From Perna viridis (Eukaryota): a stretch of DNA of 64,000 bases. The notes below the pieces were generated by a model. It did not search any database. It saw only the letters and a program-made list of their open reading frames with translations, and was not told the DNA's origin. The stretch spans positions 31,533,626-31,597,625 of the forward strand of contig CM074516.1 in assembly GCA_037379345.1 (NCBI GenBank), given 5' to 3'. Shown here one piece after another: positions 15,001 through 27,000 of this stretch (position 1 is its first letter; each line of letters begins with the position of its first letter). A program made the translations under genes and the position numbers.

Positions 15001-18000
15001 TGGTATGGCTACTCATGATCTGTGTCAGGAGGTGGTGAATCAACAACAGAGTATCATCTCTATTTTTGCCCAGAATGTTTTGTATGGATGTTAAATCCAA
15101 ATCCATGTGTTCTATCAAGTACTGGGCAACTTCAGCTGGCTGAACGTTTGGTCTAACTGTCTGGCACATAGCCTAAAATATAGAAATAATTTGTAAATTT
15201 CAGTGGTAGGTCCTATAGGAAGGTCTTGGGTTAGCAAAAATGAGGAAATGTACCATTGTTAGCCATTGGTAAATTTCCTATACCAGAGGTACAATTGACT
15301 ATCACACAAGTGAAATGCCTGCCTTAACTCCACTTTAGCCTGTGGGAATGTTTAGCAACAGGAAATAAAACATTGGTATTAATATCAGTTCTGGGTAATG
15401 TGTTTTTTACCTGCTCTTTTTATACTCAGATTATTTTCACTCATATATCTACTCTGTTTATGTGTAGACTGAACTTTAAACTAATTTACTATTTTACTCT
15501 TACAACTAACTTACAAGCTAACAAAAATATATATATATATATAACTATCATAAAATGATTAGTAACTCTTATTGCAGCATGCATTTTTAAGTATGCAGAA
15601 ACTTATTTTGGCCTCATTAATATCTATGTCTCCTAAAAAAGTTGACATAATCGAAATTCCAGACAGTTGACATACAGTACTCTAACTCTTTGTCATCCAG
15701 CCAGTAAAAAAGAATGTATCATAAAACACCAATATGTTGGACAGCAAATAGAAAAATTACAAAAACCAAAGCCTCACCTTTTTCAAAACCAAATGAAACC
15801 TAAATTTCAAATAATGAGCAAATCTCTATTAAAAAAAATCTAATATTGCATCAAGTTTCATAAAAATCCATCAAGTAACATACACATGTAGAATGAGGTG
15901 GACAACAATATAACAGCCAGATAGGCTGAAACTTTTTCCCTCTTTTATATAATACTTACCTCTATGTTAGCATTTGCTCCAATGTACATAGACATATGTG
16001 TCAACAGTCTCAGAACAGCAAAGGATGCTCGATCTAGCTTTCTCTCAGGGGCAACAATAGGTCCAATTCTCTCTGCTCTTCCCAACAGGTGACCTCTTTC
16101 TGTTCTGTCAACTCTGGAAGAAAAGTAAAAAATTGTCACTTAAATCATATGTTGTGTTCTTTGCTTATCAGAAAGTGATTATTGTTCGTCAATAAATATT
16201 TAGATGTTCAAAAGTAGCTAGAAATTTTTAATTCTTGAATTTCATTGGACTAATTAAAAAAAAGACATAAAGGATTAATACTTTCTTATACATGTATCAA
16301 TTTCCAGCTATGGAATCTGGTGAAAATTTCAGCTTATCCAGCTTTTTTGGCAAAAAGAAAATATTGGCATATTTTCATTTGAAAAAAATTTATGAAACCA
16401 GACAAAAACAATTATTTTAATTGTTTCATCATATCTACCATTTTGAAATTTAATGATGTTGAGAATATGACATGACAACTAATATATAAATGAACACAGT
16501 TTTTGAGCTATTTTAAAGAAGTGAACTATATTTTCTGCCCCTCTTCTCTGAAAGCCAACTAACAGTATTCTGATTAATTTCGACACTAATATGGAGAAAA
16601 ACAGTAATTAGACCTACCCAGCATCCAATTCATTCCCTGGTCTAAGTTTATACCCCTGTCCACCGATCTCTCTTCCACACTCCTTACACATACCTACATA
16701 GGCTGGGTTACCACACTGAAATATATAAGTAAGGTGAAGGAGGATAAGGTTTTCTAAATAAAACTATATTACATTTAAATCATATAATTTAAAACAGTAT
16801 AACACTGAGGATAAATGTGTCCTTCTTCTATTAACTTCAAATCTTCAAAAATATTGCTTTTTACCTAACTTTCTTGACAAAATGCTATTCCCACTGGAAG
16901 AATTGTTTGCTAAGAGTTTGGTTTCCCTTTATAAATACATAGAAACTGATGTGAAGGGACATTAGAATATAGTTTCCAGTTTGGAGTGCAGACAAAACCT
17001 TCATAGTAAAACCACTTACATTTCCTATGACATAAGGGTGTCCATTTGGGCATCCTAAAAAGAGAAAGAAAATCTATGATTTACTCAAATTTACTTTAAG
17101 TACCAGTCAGATACTGCCTATAGTAGAGATGATTCAAGATATAGAAAAACCCACGGAACAAACAATGCTTTTTCAGTCATATTTTTATATGACAATAGTC
17201 CTTTCTGTATTTAGTTCTGTACTTTTGAGAAAATCACATTTTTACCTCCAAAAATCACTAAATCAAACCAAACCAAAACAACAACTCTTGCCTATTTCAT
17301 ACACAATCTATATAATTTTTTCTCAAAAGTGCAACAACCAAATGACAAACTAAGACTGGTTATGTAGTCTGTAACTGTTTCTGAATTTGAAATTCAACTG
17401 GATTTGGTGGGTTTTTGACATGTATGAATCACCTTCTGCCTGATTTTTATAAAGACTACTACTCAAAATGAAGAAAGACAAAGTATAACAAGATTTATAC
17501 ATGAGTTCTCAAACTGTAACATGTAAAGCCCTTACATATGAATATTTTCCTTTTAAAAGCTTCAACAATATTATCCTGCTTTATATAAATGATGCCCATC
17601 CTTCATATAAAGTTTTGTCAAAATCCATTTAATGGTTAAAGTAAAGTTGTTCTTACAAGCTTTTGATGTAGCTTTTACAAAGTACAAATTACATTAACAA
17701 GTATTAAAAGACCATAACAATATTATTGACTTTCCTATTAATATCCCTAGATCAGTAAAGATTAGTCTCAATGAGGGGTTTGAGGGAGATGAAAGCAAAT
17801 GAAATTGTAAATGTGAGAGTCCAAAATAAACTTATGGATAACTACTACATGTAAAAGATGTAAAATATTTACATATAGACTTGTTAAAAAATATTTCTGT
17901 TTCTTGTATTCGTAACATAGAATTATGGGAACAAAATGTGATTATGGAGATGTATGAATGGAGAAAATCTTTTCTTATATTACAACACATATCTGAGAAA

Positions 18001-21000
18001 TTTTCAACATAAATTGTTGCACAGAATTTTGCCAACTAACACAGTACTTTATAAGATTGGCTAAGTAAGTTCGAAACAATGTACTTTTTGTAACAGTTAT
18101 GATGAGACAATTGATGATCTGTTTTATGATTGTAAAGTTACAAATGAATTTCTTGAAAACGTCTTTGTAATTCTGCAAAAATTATTTGTTAATATTAGTT
18201 TAGAGAAATAATATGTGTTATTTGGATACACAGACAAAAAATATTCTTAATTTGTTGCTTATTATAACACAATCTTATGTATATAAATTTAGTGAGACCC
18301 CATTGTTAGAAAGAGAATATTAAGAGCATTTCTTTTATTGTTGTTGGTATTTAAAAAAAAAACAAAAACAAAAACTTTGAATGAGAGATAAGGACAATAA
18401 ATGGAAATTCTTGATTTATTTTCTACTGAGTCCAGTATGTGTGTTTGAATGTGTGATATGTATATGTATATTGAAGTTATATATGGTTTATCAATCAATC
18501 AATTATGAAATAGTCATTATATGTAATTTATATTTTATAATTTACCCCTGTACACCCTAGTCATGGTAGGGTTATTGTATAAATCCTGGCTACTGAAAAA
18601 CAAATAAAATAAAAATAGAAAAATAAAATAAAATAATTAACTCACTGTAGAATACAGGATTTTCATTTCCATTATGTTTCCTGGCTGCCAGCAAAGCTTC
18701 TTTTATCTCCAACAATTCATCTTGTGGCATGGTAGGATAATAACAATCCTGGTATTTACATAAAAATAGTTTAAGTGTCATATAAATGGATTTCTTTTAC
18801 TTAGGACTACAACATGGATATGTATTGTAAATCAATTTAATAATGTGAATATTTACAAAGTTTTTACAATGAAGTCAACCCATCTTCTACAACCGAAGCC
18901 TTATTAGAAACAAGCTGTGATTTGAACTGTCCTTAATACCCCCATGCCTCATGCCTCAGTCAATAACCAATTCTTCTACAATTTTTTTTATCTTCATACA
19001 CTGATCTATTACTAGATAATTTTTCATGAAAATCCAGTGAGCAATAAAAAGCAGTTGTAGAGAACATTATGTCAGATAACAATCCGAAAAATGTCCATAG
19101 CCATTATTTAGCCAGGGTAAGTAATTTGTTCATGTGCAACTGCATTTAAAAGTTTACTCCATCTGATACTACTGGAACCACAAACGGTGATTTTCATGGT
19201 GAGTTGCAAAGTCTTGCTGTTCCCCTTATTCAAGGCTAACAAGCAAAGATGAAGCATGAACCAACACATTTAAAATGTATTACATTCCAACACATTGAGA
19301 ATAAAGAGAAATACAGATAGGAAATGCAGTTATACATGTGCTAAAGTACTTACATTCCGGTAGCCAAGTTCACAAATAGTTACTTCATATATAATCGCAA
19401 TCTTACTACTGTGGATCTCATAACAATCAACCTTTTTTCTATAGATTAGGTCGATTTTTGTCTTTTATGAATAGTTACACTTCATTTATTTTGGGGCCTT
19501 TTACAGCTCGTTTATGGTATGGGTTTTGCCCATCATTGAAGACCATTTGACCTGTAGAAGTTAAAATGTTTGTTGCTTGACTTATGGTGGATGACCGTCA
19601 CATTGGCAACATACTGCATCTCCTATTATTACATTGATACTTAAGACTTTTTGTGAAACTGACTTGAGTAAGTTTAACTAAAGCATGGTCAATAATGGTG
19701 GGACACTATTAATAGAACATTACTTCTAGATTCAACTTCTTACCACCATATCTCCTGGAAGGAAAGCTATTCTATGTAATGGTGTCATCAGAGTTTGCTT
19801 CCCTGGAATTTCTACCATCAGTATAAGGAAATGTGTCATAAGACATGCTATGTTTTGTTCTGCTAGATTCATTCTGGGTACTATGTTCCCTGGTAAAGCC
19901 CAAAGGGCATTCTGTAATACTCTCTGGGTTGTTTCCTGTTTAGAATAAAATATGTATGGGAACATTTACATTTTGTTTGTTAGTCATTCTGCTACATACC
20001 ATGAATATTTTAAAAAGTGTATGACAAATTTTGTAAAGAAAATATCTTCAATAAATAGTATAAAACATACATGTACTGAACATTAATCGTTAAATACATG
20101 AACCATAAAACATACTATATCAGGAATATATCATTACCTTGTTTTTTATCAGCGGATGGTTCATTATAAACTCTATCAAAAACTGTCTTCCCTGAAATTA
20201 CAAACAAATATCAAAATTTCAAATTATATTACCACAGATACTCACACCACATTTGTGTAATCATGCAATAAAATTATACACAAAAACAGATAGCAATATA
20301 CCATAATATATTAAAAAAAAACAAAAATGGTCTAAAAGTGTCTCTGTAGAAAAAAAAACCTTAATAACAGAAAGTCATACTCATAACACAACATGATAAA
20401 TTGTCGCAGTACATAATTATATAATTGTTTCATCAGATAGAATTGAACATAAACACTGTAAGTCACTATCATCTGTACAATACTGACCTGACCAGGAAAT
20501 GTCCAAGTTACTACCATCTGTACAATACTGACCTGACCAGGAAATGTCCAAGTGACTACCATCTGTACAATACTGACCTGACCAGGAAATGTCCAAGTGA
20601 CTACCATCTGTACAATACTGACCTGACCAGATAATGTCTAAGTTACTACCATCTGTACAATACTGACCTGACCAGGAAATGTCTAAGTCACTACCATCTG
20701 TACAATACTGACCTGACCAGGAAATGTCTAAGTCACTACCATCTGTACAATACTGACCTGACCAGGAAATGTCCAAGTGACTACCATCTGTACAATACTG
20801 ACCTGACCAGGAAATGTCTAAGTCACTACCATCTGTACAATACTGACCTGACCAGGAAATGTCCAAGTTACTACCATCTGTACAATACTGACCTGACCAG
20901 GAGATGTCTAAGTCACTACCATCTGTACAATACTGACCTGACAGGGAAATGTCCAAGTTACTACCATCTGTACAATACTGACCTGACCAGGAAATGTCCA

Positions 21001-24000
21001 AGTTACTACCATCTGTACAATACTGACCTGACCAGGAAATGTCAAAGTGACTACCATCTGTACAGTACTGACCTGACCAGGAAATGTCCAGGTGACTACC
21101 ATCTGTACAATACTGACCTGACCAGGAAATGTCTATTTTACAACCATCTGTGCAATACTGACCTGACCAGGAAATGTCCAAGTTACAACCATCTGTACAA
21201 TACTGACCTGACCAGGAAATGTCCAAGTCACTACCATCTGTACAATACTGACCTGACCAGGAAATGTCCAAGTCACTACCATCTGTGCAATACTGACCTG
21301 ACCAGGTAATGTCTAAGTTACTACCATCTGTACAATATTGACCTGACCAGGAAATGTCCAAGTCACTACCATCTGTGCAATACTGACCTGACCAGGAAAT
21401 GTCCAAGTCACTACCATCTGTACAATACTGACCTGACCAGGAAATGTCCAAGTTACTACCATCTATACAATACTGACCTCAGACCTGACCAGGTAATGTC
21501 TAAATTACTACCATCTATACATTACTGACCTGACCAGGTAATGTCTGTTGGTTTCCTTCATACAGTGAGTTCATTGCTATCTCTCTATATAATGATAACA
21601 ATAGTTTAACTCTAGTTTGCCATTCTTCTGTAGGTTTCTGAAAGGTAAACAGTTTGGGAAAAAACTAAATAGCATTTTCTGATTAGCTCCCTATGATGTC
21701 TGGTAAGTTTATCTCAGTCTGTTAGGTGATCAACAAAATAACTGTACAACATTCTCTTGAAAAATATAAGTTTTCATTATCTGCAAAAAAAATTCAAAAG
21801 AAAGTTCAAACTTTGCTTATTATAGCAATTTTGAATTTGTATGCAAATTCTCATTACTTCCTTTACTGTCAGCTTCACAAGATTAATGGCATACCTGTAG
21901 TAATTGCTGAAGTTTCTCTCCATTCTCATTAAGGACTGTGGTAACAACTGTCTCTCTCAGCTCCTTGTATTCATCTCCCATCACAATGTATCTGTCATGA
22001 CATTCTTTTACCTAGAAGAAAGATATGAATTGAGATTTTCAGACACTGAAAATTATGAATGAAGAGTAAAAATTAAACATATTCTATTGTTGAATACTTT
22101 ACTTCTACAGATATATATATATATAAGGGTCTGAAAAATTCCCAACGATGTTACCTCCGCGGGAACGAGTTCAAGTCCCACGGAGGGAATGACCAAAAAT
22201 TTGCATCAGAAATTTGACAATTCTAACATCGTTGGGAATTTTTCAGACCCTTCTATAAGTTTACGTTATCTTCCCTGTATCAATTTGATCCGATGAAGCA
22301 GTGTAGCGAATAGAGTCGTCACATTCTGAGACTTTGTATATATATATATTATTTACCTTATCTTCTTTCAGTTCAGGAAGTTTGACCCATCTCAGGAAGC
22401 TAACATCACTCTTGGTAAGCACTGTCTGGTAACTGTCAGTACCATAGCATCTACACAACTGCTTTACAAAGAATTTCCTGTAATATAACAATGCTTCATG
22501 ATATCCTGTCTTTTTTCAGTGTAAAACTTACCATAATTTTGACACTCCCAGTACCTACACCCATGACTAATTTCTGTGAAAATCAATACCATCCGAGCTT
22601 TTACAGCTACTGACCATTCACCAAAGTTTGACAGAAATCAATAAAAGAATTGAGGCATATTTAAGGGGACAAACCTAAATCATAAATTTTTCACAAGTCC
22701 TCTTCCATTTCTGTATACTATATCCAACTCCCTAAAAAGTGGCCCACTTGACAGTTTCTGCAAAAAACATTTCCATCCAATATTTACTTACCATTCACCA
22801 AAATTAAAAGGCAATTTGTAAAAACATGATGGCACTATACAAGTTGTGACAGACAAATGGACGCATAGACTGACTGTAGCTAGGTAGGTTAAAAAACAAT
22901 ATACCCCTGCAAGTTTGTTTCAAGGATTTGTTGCATGGGTCAAGAAATGATAAAAAATGCCGGTCATTGACCGACAAATTTTGCAAATGTTCGATGACTA
23001 TTTTTCAATATCATACATAAGAAATTGACAACCCTTATGAATTTCAGTCTGCATGGTTTTATTAGTGTATAAACATCCTGTCTACCTGTCTCCTAATTGT
23101 TTATTTAAAATTAATTGACAGATGCGTGTCAATTATTTTTTGCTGATGTGCAGCCACCTGTGACTGTGATTTACCTGTAACTGATTAGTTGATTGCATAA
23201 TTGAATTAACAGTACACGTACAGCCCCATTGTGTAAACGAATTAATTGAAGTGACTCGGACAATTTTCATACATTTATTACTTGATTTATTCAGAAAAAG
23301 ATTGAGATGTCCATCGATCATTTTCCTGCCAATCTTTCAGAGGTAACAAAAGCACATATGGTGCTGAAACTTAGAATCAGTTGTAGTTTGTAATCATAAA
23401 AAATTTGCCGATTGAATCTTTTTTAACGCAAAAGTCAACAGCCCATTTAAATCAATATACATAATACAGAATATATTAGAGATTTTCTTTTATATTTTTC
23501 ATCACTTGGAAGTTTTTGGCTGTTTGCCGATTTGATGAAAAAGTCTGAGAGAGACAATGTTTTGTTTACATATTGGAACGTCCATGTGTGGTCGAAACCA
23601 AACTCGTTCACTTGCTCAGACATTTTATAAAAGACAGAGTATGTGATGAAATAATACCGATTCCAATATTTATCCTACAATGACTGTATGTACATGAACA
23701 AGTTTTTTTTTTTTTTTTTTTTTTTTTTAAAGTTTTCCGATCTGAGCAAGACTGACACAAACGTCTGCTGAAGTTTGATAAAATGACCAGAACGGGCAGT
23801 CAAAATTTCCTAACCCATGGTTTGCTGCCATGTTAACTGTGTATTAGGGTACAAGTTAAGTCCTTAAGCTGTACCCTAATACACAATTAACAAGATAAAA
23901 TTCATCTACACATAGAATATGAATACCTAGGCCAAGGAGATCCACATTCTTCACACAACTGAGCTGCTGCATCAAACATTCTTCTGATGATCGCATCGAC

Positions 24001-27000
24001 TCTACTTTTCTGAGCTGTCCCAAACATCTTGTGCATATATCTAGCCACAACAGATAAAGAAAATCTGACTCTAGATATATGATCTATTTTCTCAAGTGTC
24101 TTTATGTCTCTAACAATGACACCTGAGGCTTCTCTTAGCATTTTTGTCACCATGGTAATCTCATCATCTCTGTTGACATACTGTTGATGGAGAGAATCCT
24201 GTAGGATAACAAATAAAGCACTTCAATTAAGAATTGGCTAAATATATCACATGAGAGCCCTGTAATCTGGAAATCAAACTCACATATTTACTTTAACAGA
24301 GTAAATTAAATGGCAAAAAAGAATAAAACAAGGGAAAAATCTAAAATTGTAAATCCTTTGGTTTAGACAAATATTTTACTGGAAAAATCTAGAAATTAGC
24401 CTCCTACCTCCATACACTGTAAAACAAGTTGACATAGTTCTATCAGGTTGTGTGGGTCACCAGTTTCTTTCACTAAATCACTTGCAGTGGTAAAATACTC
24501 ATTCAGGTAGTTATCTATATCAATTCCACTAAACAAAATATATTATTGTTTTATAGTACATGTAATTGACTGTTTGAGGTAAAAATAACTTAAGTACTGA
24601 TTTTAAGCCAATCATAAACAAAATTGAACTATGGACCAAATCACAATGACTTCTCAGTTATCAGACCATGCATTTTTTAATCAGAACTCCTCAGCCTTTT
24701 TAGTTACACAAAAGAAAAACCTCGGAGGCACTAGGCATAAGAATCTGTACAAAATTTGACCCGTCCAGTTATGGTTAAACTGGTTAAATTTTTTACCATT
24801 ACGTTTTTTTTCTTTTCTCCTCGATTCATGCCAAAATTCTTGAAAACGTTATTGTTCTTCATTTTCTGATATCTTATTTTTTTAGCGCCACCTGATGGGT
24901 AGAACTACTTTGGTTTGGCTATGACTGCAATACTGGCAAATTTTTCCAGAAGAAATTCTCCTTTCTGCATTTGAGGTTATTATTTAATGTAGTAGAAATG
25001 GCCAAATAGTTATGACTGGTATTCTTTATCTCTCAGTGCCTCTGTTATTCAACAAAAAAGCACATCCTCGTAATTATTTTTTGGCAATTAATAATCTAAA
25101 AGCATTCTCATTGCCTTCAGATAAACTGAAAAGCCTAGCTTCTCAATAATTGGTTAGGCTAAAATGGCATTAGAATAAAAAATTTAACTTCAAAAGCAGT
25201 TGAGTCTTAACATAGACAATAGAATGAATACAGGAACAAATTGAAATAAGTGATAACATGTGTAAAATCTAAACAGGCTAAATCTTATTTGCAGAAAAAA
25301 TAGTAACAATATTTTAGAGGTCACCTTGTTTGCATCAGCTGTTGTAGTAAGAATGATCTAACAACAGGGGTAGGATCAATGGAATCATCAAATATAGTTA
25401 GTTCCTTAGACACAACCCTTATTTTGTCTGATCGTTTCCTCTCAATACGACCTGTGATGTAGGACAACAGTTTATGGATGACTTTCTCTGAAGGGGGGAT
25501 ACCCTCAGCAAAACAGAGTTGGGAAACTACTTCCAAGAAAAAACTGTTGCACCGATTTCTGTAGTCCCTGTATTTTCTTATTTCTCCACTGAAAACCAAA
25601 TGTGAATCAAGAAATTAAATATGATAGCTTGAAAATCTCTATGATAAGATTGAACAGGAGTTGATAATGAGTATGTATGAATGCATATTTTTAAAATAGT
25701 TGATTCTGAGTTGGCATTCTTGCTGAAAAGATGTATTTTTTTAGTTATTCATGACTACAAATCATCTCTATAACAGAGATAATCCATCATTTGTTTGTTG
25801 TATCAAACAATTCTTTTGTTGTTACAAAATACAAAATATTTTGTCAACCCAAAATAAATTAACAATATTTTTACTCTATTTTACTAATTGGCTCATTTCT
25901 ACAAACTTTGGTATAGTATACACTTTTATATAAACCAGATTAGGTTCATTTTCAATCTACTCACACTTTCTCTGATTTGTTTGGATCCAAATTTTGAGGG
26001 AACGCTTCTTGGCATTTGGGGCATTCATAGTCTTTTAATGTGATACAATCAAAGAAACATTTCCGGCAGATCACATGTTCACAAGGAAGTCTAACTGGAG
26101 CTCCTTCTATGGCATTTTCACAGCCAACACACATATCTTGATTTCTGAAAATGAGATATATTTGAAAAAATTTCAGCATATATTCATCATAAAGCCTATT
26201 GTTCATTTAGTATATGTTAAATTATTTATCCATTCATAAAAGCATAAGAATTAATGACACTGTAATAGCATTTAAGTAGTAGTCTTTATAAAAATCAGAA
26301 GGGGGAGAGGAGGGGTGATTAATGCATGTAAAAAACCCCACCTAACTCAATATATTTCATATTCAGAATCAATTACAGACCACATAACAAGTCTTAGTTA
26401 GTCATTCAGTTGTTGTTTTGTGATAAAAGTAATAAATTGTAAATGAAATTTGCAAGAGAAATTGTTCTTGATTTGGTTTCATTTGGTGGAGTTTAGTAGG
26501 AAATTAATGTATGTCTTTTTCTCAAAAATACAGATCTGAATACAGGAAGGACTATTGTTATGTGAAAATATAACAAATGCAGATTGAAAAAGCATCATTA
26601 ATTTGGTCGGTTTTTCTACACCATGAATTACGTCTACTATGAACTGGTTCCAGAAACAACGAAAAAAACTGTGAGCAATGCTCACATAATTGATACCCTA
26701 TTCCCCATTTGATAACATGCACCTTTTGACTTTCAAATTAATTAGGATCAAAATCTAAATAAGAGGGCACACTATGGAATTAATATGTTACAAAAAGTAA
26801 ATGAAAGTTTCATTAAATTCCATTCAGTTCTGTAGAATGTGTTGCTCCTATATTCACATGAGTATGTCCATGCTTTGCTATGTGAAACCCTCAAATTTAT
26901 TTGGATCAAAATCTAACATAAGAGGTGCACAATGGGAATATGTAATAAAGGTTCTGTGAAAGTTTCATTAAGTTCCATTCAGCTTTGTAGGAGGAGTTAC

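Noticed and set aside
20417-21451. 344-aa ORF of DISWSGQYCTDGSDL repeats as a novel repeat protein
   Set aside because: It is one frame of a 45-bp intronic minisatellite derived from the exon 51 donor. A unit length divisible by 3 easily leaves a frame open. It has no ATG start (TTG) and is out of frame with the host exons.
20461-21545. CRISPR-like array
   Set aside because: Head-to-tail units with no unique spacers, no cas genes, eukaryotic intron context.
13786-26685. ORFs at 13786, 17129 and 26479 sharing VIHGVEKPTKQTM-like peptides as a small protein family
   Set aside because: All fall in copies of the ~400-bp MITE family A. The similarity is at the DNA level, with frame breaks.
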